A stretch of DNA of 32,000 nt from Nitrosomonas europaea (GCF_900167395.1 NZ_FUWK01000026.1:1-32000); one strand, 5' to 3'; numbered from the stretch's first letter, positions 10,345-19,375 are shown. Translations and numbers: made by a program. The notes: generated by a model not told the origin, from the sequence alone.

Positions 10345-11781
10345 ATGCAATGGGAAACTGTCATCGGCCTTGAGATACACGCACAGTTATCAACCCGATC
10401 CAAAATTTTTTCCGGTGCATCGGTAGCATACGGCGCCGAGCCGAATTCACAAGCCTGTGCCGTGGATATCGCCCTTCCCGGAGTATTGCCGGTATTAAAC
10501 CGGCAAGCAATCGAATATGCCATCCGGTTTGGCCTGGCAATCGATGCAACTATCAACTCACCCTCTGTTTTCGCACGGAAAAACTACTTTTATCCCGATT
10601 TACCCAAAGGCTACCAGATCAGTCAGCTGGAACACCCGATCGTTGAAGGCGGACATGTCGCCATTCAGACAGGAGATCAGGAAAAAACCATACGCCTGAC
10701 TCGCGCCCATCTGGAAGAAGATGCCGGAAAATCGACGCACGAAGAATTTCACGGGATGACAGGGATCGACCTGAACCGTGCCGGAACAGGGCTGCTGGAA
10801 ATCGTCTCGGAACCGGATATGCGCAGTAGTGCCGAAGCCGTAGCATACGCAAAAGTGCTGCACTCACTGGTACGCTGGATCGGTATATGCGACGGCAATA
10901 TGCAGGAAGGATCATTCCGCTGTGATGCCAATGTTTCAGTACGGCCTGCGGGCTCGGAAGCACTCGGAACGCGCTGTGAAATAAAAAACCTCAATTCATT
11001 CCGTTTTCTCGAACGAGCCATCGATTACGAAGTGGCAAGACAAATCGACATTCTGGAAAGCGGTGGCAGCATCACCCAGGAAACCCGCCTGTATGACGCG
11101 GATCGGGATGAAACCCGCACCATGCGCAGTAAAGAAGATGCGCATGATTACCGCTATTTCCCGGATCCAGATTTACTGCCAGTAATCATTCCCCAGGAAT
11201 GGATAGATCAGATCAGGGAAAAACTGCCGGAGTTGCCGAAGGACAAGCGTAATCGTTACATTCAGGATTTCGGCCTGCAGACCTATGATGCAAATATACT
11301 GACTGCAGCACGTGAGCTCGCAGATTATTTTGAGCAAATGGTCAGCGTTCTTCCCGGGCAAAGCAAACTCTGCGCTAACTGGATCATGGGTGAAGTCAGC
11401 GCGAGGTTGAATAAGGAAGGACTCGAAATCGCCCGGAGCCCGATCAGCCCCGAACAACTGGCCGGATTGCTGCTACGCATTACTGACGGCACCATATCAG
11501 GAAAAATAGCCAAGGATGTGTTCGACAGCATGTGGCAAAGTAACGGTGACAGCGCAGACACAATCATCGATGCAAAAAACCTCAGACAGATCTCAGATGA
11601 TAGTGAAATTGAGAAATGGGTTGATGATGTACTTGCCGCGAACCCACAACAGGTGGCCGATTACCGTGCCGGGAAAGAAAAAGCATTCAATTCCCTGGTT
11701 GGGCAGGTAATGAAAACTTCAAAAGGGAAGGCCAATCCCGCTCAGGTCAACTCAGTGCTCAAAAAACGCCTGACGGAATAA
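10345..11781 (+). CDS. gatB: Asp/Glu-tRNA amidotransferase subunit B
   Basis: The N-terminus [15 protein letters not shown], the LEEDAGK motif and the C-terminal YqeY-like tail are typical of GatB. Confidence 0.95.
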
Positions 11782-11967
11782 GGCTTAGACAAACCTGGAA
11801 AAACATACGATTCAATTATAAAGAAACTCTGGAAAAGACTTTGGCTTGTACTTTTTAGCCCCTGCAATCCATTGCCAATCCAGACTTGACGATTCAGGCC
11901 TGATGGCACTACAGAAGAACCCTGTAAACCGAGCCTGAATCCTCAGCAAGAAGTGTATTACCTGTAT

Positions 11968-12156
11968 TTATTTGGGTAAAGCATTGCACTTATCAATAAA
12001 TGCCTGCCGTTCGGCTTCATTATTCTTGTAAAAATCCAATGCTCTTTCCATTCCTCTTCCTGCACAATTCTCTGCGCTTACTTCCGGAGGTCCGCTGCAA
12101 CCGATCAAAGCGGTACTAAGACCCAGAATACAAACGATGTAGTATTTAAAGTTCAT
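11968..12156 (-). CDS. Small hypothetical lipoprotein (62 aa)
   Basis: GAGGAA is 6 nt upstream of the ATG. Signal peptide with lipobox (..LSTALIGC) followed by a short hydrophilic domain with two more Cys. I recognise no family. Confidence 0.55.
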   Translation of the reverse strand: MNFKYYIVCILGLSTALIGCSGPPEVSAENCAGRGMERALDFYKNNEAERQAFIDKCNALPK

Positions 12157-12364
12157 TAAAATTTCCTCTATAAAAATTCGCTAAAGCCAGACTGGTTTGT
12201 CTACCTTTTGCGATCCTGAATCAGGTACTGAAATCCCAGCCACCTGAAACTGCCAGGCATTCACGGCCAACGGCCACTGGTAAAGCTATTCTACCTGACT
12301 TCCTGTAACTTGAGATTGTTTCAGATCTGCTCACGCTGAATGGAGTAAACGCAACAGCCATCGT

Positions 12365-12392
12365 ACAAACGGGGCCCGGAAGCCCCGTTTGT
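12365..12392 (-). terminator. Hairpin terminator candidate downstream of hsp20
   Basis: acaaacggggc / ccggaa / gccccgtttgt: a perfect 11-bp stem with a GC-rich core and a 6-nt loop. It starts 9 nt past the hsp20 stop. On the minus strand the 3' arm ends in GTTTGT rather than a clean U-run. Confidence 0.55.
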
Positions 12393-12400
12393 CATCCATT

Positions 12401-12835
12401 TTATTGTGCGGTGACACTGACTTTTTTGGGTTGAACTGCTTCCCGCTTGGGGATGGTGACAACCAGCACCCCATCTTTGGTAACAGCCGAGATCGCACCC
12501 AGGTCGGCAGTATCCGGCAGACTGAAGCGGCGGTAAAAAGAACCATGGGTTCGCTCAACCCGTTTATACCCTTCTTTCTCGGTTCTCGCTTCGGTCTGCT
12601 TTTCACCCTTGATCGTGAGCACTCCGTTTTCTGTCGTCACATCGATTGCTTCAGGTTTCACTCCGGGTAAGTCAGCATGCACAATAAACTTATCGCTTTC
12701 CTCCTTGATATCGACTGCCGGTGCCCATTCAGCAATTGCTGAAGCTCCCTCGGTCGCCATATCATCCCGAGCCCGCTCCAGTTCCCGTTGTAATTGTGTC
12801 AGTAATCCCCATGGTTCATATCGCGTAATTGCCAT
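12401..12835 (-). CDS. Small heat-shock protein, Hsp20/alpha-crystallin family (IbpA-like)
   Basis: Alpha-crystallin domain: PAVDIKEESDKFIVHADLPGVKPEAIDVTTENGVLTIKGEK...YRRFSLPD...GVLVVTIPK. The ATG at 12835 has GGAGG 6 nt upstream; the track start at 12862 is further upstream. Confidence 0.9.
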   Translation of the reverse strand: MAITRYEPWGLLTQLQRELERARDDMATEGASAIAEWAPAVDIKEESDKFIVHADLPGVKPEAIDVTTENGVLTIKGEKQTEARTEKEGYKRVERTHGSFYRRFSLPDTADLGAISAVTKDGVLVVTIPKREAVQPKKVSVTAQ

Positions 12836-12986
12836 AATAGCCTCCACATAAATCACAAACATTTACAAAATAGGCTGTCACCCAACACAGTGTGACTCAC
12901 CCGACCAAAACACTCTGTCTGAATATTTTCAATCATTAAAAAATACCCGCTTCGATGATTGTTCACATTCTATGAATGCTGGCAGT

Positions 12987-13014
12987 AATATAAGCATGTC
13001 TTCGGTATTTTCAA
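12987..13014 (-). promoter_or_regulatory. Sigma-32-like heat-shock promoter candidate for hsp20
   Basis: The minus strand reads CTTGAAA-N14-CTTATATT, against the sigma-32 consensus CTTGAAA-N13-17-CCCCATNT. The -35 element is exact; the -10 is only partial. It lies about 150 nt upstream of the hsp20 ATG. Confidence 0.35.
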
Positions 13015-13068
13015 GTCGGACACCCGGTAAAAGATGAACAGTGCCGACCTCTCGGCCGATCCACCCCT

Positions 13069-15954
13069 TCAGACCCGGATCGAATCCGGTCTTCCCATAA
13101 ACTGCATCAGCTGGGTGGTCGATAGCGGGCGGCTGAAATAATAGCCCTGTTGCAGATAGCAGTGATGTTTGCGCAAAAATTCCATGTGTTTCTCGGTTTC
13201 CACACCTTCTGCAATCACTCCCAGCCCGAGATTATCACCCAGCGCGATGATCGCCCGGGCAATTGCAAAATCAAACTTCTCATCACCGGGGTGGTCCTGT
13301 TCGATGCCTTGGATGAAGGACTTATCGATTTTCAGAATATCCAGCGGCAACTCACGCAGCAGGCTCAGTGAAGAATAACCCGTACCAAAATCATCCAGAG
13401 CAATGGCAACTCCCAATGCCTTCAAGCGCACCAGTGCTTCTGCTGCACGCGGTAAATCGCTGATAACGGCGCTCTCGGTAATTTCCAGCATCAGCCGCCC
13501 GGCCGGCAAACCGGTACGTTCCAGCACACCAGCCACCTTCTGCAGAAAATCCGGATGCAGCAACTGCCGTGAAGCCACATTGACGGAAATATCGACTGCC
13601 TGCCCTACCTTTGCCAGATCAGCAGCGATCCTGCAGGAAATCCACAACACCAGATCTCCCAGTTGTCCGATCAATCCGACTCGTTCGGCAAGCGGAATGA
13701 AATCACCCGGAGACAACAATCCACGTGTGGGATGGGCCCAGCGTACCAATACTTCATTGTGGACAACTCGCTTTTGCTGAACATCGACAATGGGCTGGAA
13801 CAGAACATGCAGAGCCTTATCCTGATTCTCGATCGCCAGCCGGAAATCCCTTTCGAATTCGAGCTGCTCACGCGTCCAGGCATTCATCTGCCCCGAAGCA
13901 TAAAACTGGAAACCATTTCCTCCCTGCCGTTTGACACGCCGCATGGCAGAAACCGCTTCATCCAGAAAAATTTCACTCTTTTCATCCACCTGGTCAGGCT
14001 GGGAAGATATCCTGATACCAATGCTCGCCGAGATGAAAACCTCCTGTCCGTTGATCTCAAATCTACGATTGATGGTTTCCTGGACTTTCCTGGCAAACTG
14101 CAGTTCCTGGCCTTCCCGCACTGGCCTGTCCACCACCAGCATAAACTCATCCCCGCTCCAGCGGGCAATCAAATCTTCACTGCAAACCAGTTTAAGCAAC
14201 CGGTCGGCGATCATTTTCAACAAAGCATCTCCGGAGTGATAACCGAAAGCATCGTTGATCTTACTGAAATTATCGACTGACACCAGACAGACAATCAGTG
14301 CCGCGCCATGCTGCCGAGCAGAAACAGCCAGTTCACCAAAACGGGAAAGCAGAAAATTCCGGCTGGGCAGCATCGTCAGTACATCGTAATTGGCCTGGCG
14401 GGCAATTTGCTGCTTCATCTCCAGCGTATCGGAAATATCCGAAATCGTTACCACGGCACCCGCCGGAATACGCCACCTGTCATACAGCGCCCGATGTGTC
14501 ACGCGAATGGTACGCCTGTCCCCGGAAGGCAGCGTGAGGACACAATGCTGTATCCGGGAATCCGGACGTGTATCAGCAGATCCAGAGCCATTCACATCTC
14601 TATCCTGTTTATCAGGAATCAGACACACCCCGATCAGCTGCTCCAGCGGCTTCCCGATCAGCTGTTCCGATCTCGCACCCAGAATTCGTTCACTCTCCTG
14701 ATTGAGATAGAGAATGTTGCCCTTTGCATCGACTGTAATCACGCCCTCCTGCACTGAATCGAACACAGCCTGCAGACAGGATCCGGTGATGAATTGCGAT
14801 TGTATGAACTCATTGATACGTTGCCAACTCTGTAACGGATACACAGCCAGTGTCCCGATCAGGGCTACCCCCGGCGGCAGCCAGATATGAAATACACCGA
14901 GCAGCATCGTCACCAGTCCAATACCTGCTGCGAGTGACACCAGAAGCACGAGACTCCTGAATCGCCCCGGTACGATATTGACGACGAGCAATACCGCCAG
15001 CACCCATAATACCGTCACCGCGATAGCAACCATTTCGGGAACAGGATAAATCGAACGCCCGTTACGCAGCATGTCAACCACACTGGCGTGCCACTCGACA
15101 CCGCTCATATAGTTATGCCGGGTAAGTGAAACGGGTGTCAGAAAACCCTGCTGCAAACCAGTGGCCGTCATACCAACGATGATGATTTTTCCCCGCAAGT
15201 CATCCAGCAGATCATCATCATTGAGTAATCTGGCATAAGAAATCCGGGGATAAGTACCCGGCGGCCCGGCGAAAGGCACCATGATTTCACGCGAACGCAC
15301 CCAGCTATTCCCGGTATTCACGATTGTTTTATCTGCCTCGGGCATCCGGCTCAGCAGACGCATACGATTCGGCAGACTGCCTTTATCCGCCAGCGCCAGA
15401 CCCAGCGCCGGAAATGCAGGAATATCGATACCGGCGTACAGAAAAGTCCTGCGTGCCACGCCGTCCCGATCCAGCTCGACATCCACGTGACCAAGCGTGG
15501 CACGACGTTGTAACGATGCAAGCGGCTGGATGAGAGAGAATCTGTCACCGGAAGCATTCTGCGCCGGTGCAACCGGCAACACGACATTACCATGCGTAAA
15601 AATTGCCGTCTTGAGACGCTTATCGGCTTCCGGATGATCAACATCGGGTTCAGACAACAACAAATCAAGTGCTACCACATTCGAGCCAATCTGACTCAGG
15701 CGATCGATCAACCCGGCATGCAGCTCGCGCGACCAGGGCCATTTACCAATGGTTCGCAGGCTTTCTTCGTCGATTGCCACAATGACGATATCGCTATCCG
15801 GCTGAAAAGACTGACGACTGATGATTTCATCATAAACCAGCCAATCGAGACGCTGCAGCCAGCCCGACACCGACAGCAGCCCGACGACTACCAGCAACAT
15901 TGCGGCACGAAGTTTAGAGGTACCGGTAATACTGCGTATACCCCACCCCGCCAT
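13069..15954 (-). CDS. CHASE2-TM-PAS-GGDEF-EAL c-di-GMP turnover protein (961 aa)
   Basis: N-terminal periplasmic CHASE2-type region (VIVAIDEESLRTIGKWPWSRELHAGLIDRL..ALDLLLSEPD) followed by TM helices. PAS segment: VQEGVITVDAKGNILYLNQESERILG. GGDEF domain with an SGDEF variant (RWSGDEFMLVV). EAL domain with EVLVRW, VNVAS, EITES, DDFGTGYSS, KIDKSF, EGVE and QGYYFSRP. Confidence 0.9.
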   Translation of the reverse strand: MAGWGIRSITGTSKLRAAMLLVVVGLLSVSGWLQRLDWLVYDEIISRQSFQPDSDIVIVAIDEESLRTIGKWPWSRELHAGLIDRLSQIGSNVVALDLLLSEPDVDHPEADKRLKTAIFTHGNVVLPVAPAQNASGDRFSLIQPLASLQRRATLGHVDVELDRDGVARRTFLYAGIDIPAFPALGLALADKGSLPNRMRLLSRMPEADKTIVNTGNSWVRSREIMVPFAGPPGTYPRISYARLLNDDDLLDDLRGKIIIVGMTATGLQQGFLTPVSLTRHNYMSGVEWHASVVDMLRNGRSIYPVPEMVAIAVTVLWVLAVLLVVNIVPGRFRSLVLLVSLAAGIGLVTMLLGVFHIWLPPGVALIGTLAVYPLQSWQRINEFIQSQFITGSCLQAVFDSVQEGVITVDAKGNILYLNQESERILGARSEQLIGKPLEQLIGVCLIPDKQDRDVNGSGSADTRPDSRIQHCVLTLPSGDRRTIRVTHRALYDRWRIPAGAVVTISDISDTLEMKQQIARQANYDVLTMLPSRNFLLSRFGELAVSARQHGAALIVCLVSVDNFSKINDAFGYHSGDALLKMIADRLLKLVCSEDLIARWSGDEFMLVVDRPVREGQELQFARKVQETINRRFEINGQEVFISASIGIRISSQPDQVDEKSEIFLDEAVSAMRRVKRQGGNGFQFYASGQMNAWTREQLEFERDFRLAIENQDKALHVLFQPIVDVQQKRVVHNEVLVRWAHPTRGLLSPGDFIPLAERVGLIGQLGDLVLWISCRIAADLAKVGQAVDISVNVASRQLLHPDFLQKVAGVLERTGLPAGRLMLEITESAVISDLPRAAEALVRLKALGVAIALDDFGTGYSSLSLLRELPLDILKIDKSFIQGIEQDHPGDEKFDFAIARAIIALGDNLGLGVIAEGVETEKHMEFLRKHHCYLQQGYYFSRPLSTTQLMQFMGRPDSIRV

Positions 15955-17576
15955 TACATAAACCCTAGAAACGGCAGAAAGAAAGGAAAACGATACGGAA
16001 TCTCGAATGACTGGACTGGCCCGAATACCCCTTCTTCACCATCGGCTCTGATCGGTTTGATACGCAGGTAATAACGGCCACCACCAGAATTGGGGATGAC
16101 GACTCTCGGTTCACTGACCAGGACATCACTGATGATGTTATCGAATCCGGAATCACGCGCCATCTGGAACTGGAACTGTTCACCCGTCTCTCCTGCAGGC
16201 CAGGCAAATCTGATTTCTTCACGCTCGATCTCGACCGAATCCAGTTCCGGACCCGGTACCGGCACTTTGAAAGATACCGAATCACTGTAAGGCCCCACCC
16301 CAATGATCTCGGATTCAGCAGCTATCCGCCACCAGTATTCGCCCGGTGTCAATGGTTCCGACAACATGAAATATCCTTCTGGAGAATCAGATTCATATTT
16401 TCTTGATTCTCTGAAATCAGCTGTACGATCTACTTCGATCAGATAACGTTTGATATCCGGCCGGGTAGCCCACTCAAAAACCGGTCGATTATCCCCGACT
16501 CTTGCACCCGATTGAGGTGCCATGATGAATGGCGGTTCCGGACGAGCATGTACCCTGATTTTCTTGACACCATCCTTGCCTTCCAGTCCCGACACATCCT
16601 GCCCGCGTACCCGCAGCCAGTAATCGCCATCGGCCAGTTCACGACCGCGCAGTGGCAGATTCATCGCGACCAGATCAGTCGAAATCTGCCTGAACTCAGG
16701 ATCCAGGGCAATCTGCACCCGATACGAACGTGCACCTGCCAGAGGTTTCAGAGAAATGATCAGAGGTACCCTCTCGTACAAATCCGGTGTCGCGGAAAAA
16801 TCCGGTCCGGGCAATAATTCAACCGGGCTGACGGGTGACTGGTCCGGCCGCGTAACCGTGCCATACCCCTCTCGTACCTGCACATTCCGTCCCTGTGCAC
16901 TCACCTCCAGCAGCCCCTCCAGAACTTCGCTGCGGGTAGTGCCATCCTGTTTATCCGCCCCTACACGAAAACGGGTACCCCGCACTGAACTCACGGCAGC
17001 AGGCGTCCGTATCCTGAATCGGGTGGCAGGCTCCGATCCATGCGGAGCGATATTTACCGTGCGGCCGGACTCCAGCTCGACTTCTGTCATCACCACCCCA
17101 TCCTGCCCCAGTACCTCGGCCTGTTTCAGGCGGATTTTACTTTCACTTTCCACTCGCAGCCGGGATCGATCCCTGAATTCGAGTGTAACCTGGGAATCCG
17201 GCCCGGTACTGATTTCATCCCCGATTGCCACACGCAATTTTTCCGTAACCGGTAAAATCTCAGCACTGGCAGCACGTCTAAGGGTTGCCGTCCCGTAACA
17301 ATCAACGATCTCAGCATCCCCCGGCCGGCGGGTCGCCCATTCGACCGGAATCCGGATTACCTTGCCTGGCGGAATATGATGCGGATCATGGATGCGGTTG
17401 AGCTGCTGCAGACGCGGCACATATTTCATGCTGACCAGATGACGTTCTGCCACGTTCCAGAGATTATCCCCTGAACGAATCGTGTATAGCCAATCCTCGG
17501 CTCTGACACCATCGGAACCTATCAGCAGGAAAAGCGCATACACCGGCAGCAACCAGTAAATCGTCTTATCACACAC
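15954..17576 (-). CDS. Secreted LysM + FecR-domain protein with three C-terminal beta-sandwich-like repeats
   Basis: Likely GTG start at 17576, giving the signal peptide (M)CDKTIYWLLPVYALFLLIGSDGVRA/EDW. LysM segment: YTIRSGDNLWNVAERHL...IPPGKVIRIPV. FecR-like segment: GDEISTGPDSQVTLEFRDRSRLRVESESKIRL...RFRIRTPAAVSSVRGTRFRV. Its stop TAA overlaps the CHASE2 gene ATG (TAATG at 15952-15956). The 68-codon upstream extension in the track is AT-rich and looks non-coding. Confidence 0.8.
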   Translation of the reverse strand: MCDKTIYWLLPVYALFLLIGSDGVRAEDWLYTIRSGDNLWNVAERHLVSMKYVPRLQQLNRIHDPHHIPPGKVIRIPVEWATRRPGDAEIVDCYGTATLRRAASAEILPVTEKLRVAIGDEISTGPDSQVTLEFRDRSRLRVESESKIRLKQAEVLGQDGVVMTEVELESGRTVNIAPHGSEPATRFRIRTPAAVSSVRGTRFRVGADKQDGTTRSEVLEGLLEVSAQGRNVQVREGYGTVTRPDQSPVSPVELLPGPDFSATPDLYERVPLIISLKPLAGARSYRVQIALDPEFRQISTDLVAMNLPLRGRELADGDYWLRVRGQDVSGLEGKDGVKKIRVHARPEPPFIMAPQSGARVGDNRPVFEWATRPDIKRYLIEVDRTADFRESRKYESDSPEGYFMLSEPLTPGEYWWRIAAESEIIGVGPYSDSVSFKVPVPGPELDSVEIEREEIRFAWPAGETGEQFQFQMARDSGFDNIISDVLVSEPRVVIPNSGGGRYYLRIKPIRADGEEGVFGPVQSFEIPYRFPFFLPFLGFM

Positions 17577-17858
17577 TTGGTAACTCGAACGGATTGATAG
17601 ACCATCATATTGAAAAAACAGACAAATACCATAATACCTGATACTGGAAAAGAAAATCTGATTATTCAAAATGAATATATGTTTCCACTGGATTGGAAAA
17701 AATAAGCCCTTAATAAGCCCTTGCAGGGCCTGCAACAGTAATTTCGCAACGACAGAAAAATTGAGTGAAATCATACGCAACCAGATAAGGCCGGGTTATG
17801 ATTGACACGGACTGTCCGTCGAGTCCGATATCGAAACCAGTTACATCAAGGTGATACC

Positions 17859-18887
17859 ATGATTTCAAATCCGGTCAATTCTGCAGTTATTGTGTCTGCC
17901 ACCCCAACTGATGCAATTTCACAAACTCGGCCGGTCAGTGCAGTTACCCCGGTACCGGATGCCACACAATCGGATACACCTGCCTTTATTCTGGGCCAGA
18001 AATATAGGGCACAGATCGGTGAACGGCTGACGAACGGCCATTCCCTCGTCAATGTCGCCGGCAGATGGCTGCAAATGCGCATGCCCGCTTCGGCAAACCC
18101 TGGAAATATTCTGGAATTAACGTTGATCGAGCAGTCTCCCCGGCTGAAATTCTTGCTGCACAGCGGTACTCAAGGTGGCAATAACCCGACAACACTCAGT
18201 CCGGCCGGCAGACTCATCGCACAGTTGCTGAGCCAGCCTGCCCCACCTGCCATGAAAACTGCGAACGAAGCAGCCCCGCTGTTGCCGATACCACCCGCTA
18301 CCGGTAGAGAAAGAATTCAGTTGCCCGCTCAACTGCAGCAAGCACTGTCAGCCAGCGGGTTATTCTACGAAGCTCATCTGGTGCAATGGCTCAGCGGCAA
18401 CCGTTCGCTGCAACAACTCCGGCAGGAACCGCAAGGCAAACTGCCCGCACCGGCAACCGTATCCACAACGATTACTGATTCAGCCACGGCTTCACCAGTC
18501 GCATCCCAGGCAGTGTCACTGATACAACAGCAACTGCATACCCTGGAAACCGGAACCATCCAGTGGCGGGGAGAAATCTGGCCAGGACAGACCATGGAAT
18601 GGGATATCACCGAATATCCGGATGATCAGGGGAAAGAACAGGCCGACAATGAAAAAACCGGGAAATCAGGTCGCTGGCAGACCCGGATTCACCTGCAACT
18701 GCCAAATCTGGGAAAAATCACTGCCACTATCATGATCGAACCACAGGGTATGCGAATCCGGCTGGATGCCGATTCCGATGAAATTACACGACAGCTCAGG
18801 AAAGAACAGATTACGCTGGCAAGCGCCATGCAAACGACCGGGCTGACGATTCGTGCGATGGACATTCAGCAACATGAAGCGACCTGA
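17859..18887 (+). CDS. FliK-like protein (flagellar hook-length control C-terminal domain), second copy outside the fliFGHIJK operon
   Basis: The ATG at 17859 has AAGGTGA upstream. C-terminal Flg_hook-type module: RWQTRIHLQLPNLGKITATIMIEPQGMRIRLDADSDEITRQLRKEQITLASAMQTTGLTIRAMDIQ. Compare canonical FliK at 28997..30142: AELKLHPAHLGPIEISLQLSDDQRLTAQFISHHPAVREAIEANLPRLREIMAENGITL. Confidence 0.7.
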   Translation: MISNPVNSAVIVSATPTDAISQTRPVSAVTPVPDATQSDTPAFILGQKYRAQIGERLTNGHSLVNVAGRWLQMRMPASANPGNILELTLIEQSPRLKFLLHSGTQGGNNPTTLSPAGRLIAQLLSQPAPPAMKTANEAAPLLPIPPATGRERIQLPAQLQQALSASGLFYEAHLVQWLSGNRSLQQLRQEPQGKLPAPATVSTTITDSATASPVASQAVSLIQQQLHTLETGTIQWRGEIWPGQTMEWDITEYPDDQGKEQADNEKTGKSGRWQTRIHLQLPNLGKITATIMIEPQGMRIRLDADSDEITRQLRKEQITLASAMQTTGLTIRAMDIQQHEAT

Positions 18888-19233
18888 GCCAACCGGGCAA
18901 GAGAATCAGGGCGAACCGACTGATTCACCCGCCCCACCAGAACATACTCCGATTCCCGGAGCAGTAGCACTCGCCTATCACAGCGGCATGACTGCTCCCC
19001 AGGTGGTTGCCAAGGGCCGGGGACTGATTGCTGAAGAAATCATTCGCCGCGCTCAGGAAGCCGGCGTGTATGTGCATGAATCGGCAGAACTGGTGGCACT
19101 GCTGATGCAGGTCGATCTGGATGATCACATTCCACCGGAACTGTATATCGCCGTAGCAGAGTTGCTGGCCTGGCTCTATCGGCTGGAAAACGATCTGGCG
19201 ATGCCCGCCGACTCACCCGATCCTTCTCAGTGA
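18874..19233 (+). CDS. FlhB C-terminal-domain-like protein (soluble EscU/YscU/FlhB-C homologue, YlqH-like)
   Basis: AVALAYHSGMTAPQVVAKGRGLIAEEIIRRAQEAGVYVHESAELVALLMQVDLDDHIPPELYIAVAELLAWLY matches the post-cleavage C-terminal subdomain of FlhB. There are no TM segments and no NPTH motif. The ATG at 18874 overlaps the upstream gene by 14 nt. Confidence 0.8.
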   Translation: MKRPEPTGQENQGEPTDSPAPPEHTPIPGAVALAYHSGMTAPQVVAKGRGLIAEEIIRRAQEAGVYVHESAELVALLMQVDLDDHIPPELYIAVAELLAWLYRLENDLAMPADSPDPSQ

Positions 19234-19295
19234 CAGTGTTACCGGATCACACACTGCCATGCAGCTCGCGGCTAATAGTGCATGTATGGCTTGTA

Positions 19296-19327
19296 ATTCC
19301 ATTCCCAAATCAAAAATGACACGAAGG
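19296..19327. repeat. Dispersed intergenic repeat, copy A (32 nt identical to 26153-26184)
   Basis: attccattcccaaatcaaaaatgacacgaagg occurs identically at 19296-19327 and 26153-26184. Copy A lies between the convergent flhB-like and ycgR-like genes and has only a degenerate inverted partner (about 19343-19364). Confidence 0.85.
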
Positions 19328-19375
19328 GCAGGAGTAATGATGACATCAGATTTTTTAATGTGATCTGTAACGATG

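Noticed and set aside
11891-11941. 9-bp perfect inverted repeat gattcaggc...gcctgaatc between the convergent gatB and lipoprotein genes
   Set aside because: The loop is 33 nt and there is no U-run on either strand. It may be a weak bidirectional stop or simply chance, and I saw no second copy in the window.
13150-15668. Many 60-205-aa ORFs on the + strand and in alternative frames inside the CHASE2-GGDEF-EAL gene (for example 13663..14280)
   Set aside because: They lie wholly within a 961-aa gene that has clear domain motifs. Their sequences are low-complexity and Arg/Ser/Pro-rich, as expected for antisense frames.
17577-17780. 68-codon N-terminal extension of the LysM/FecR ORF in the track
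   Set aside because: The region is AT-rich and Phe/Ile/Leu-rich without signal-peptide logic. An in-frame GTG at 17576 gives a canonical signal peptide, so the upstream part is more likely promoter DNA.
17807-17819. Palindrome acggac-t-gtccgt overlapping a TTGACA hexamer upstream of the FliK-like gene
   Set aside because: It is short (6-bp arms). No matching -10 element sits at the correct spacing, and nothing in the sequence links it to a known regulator.
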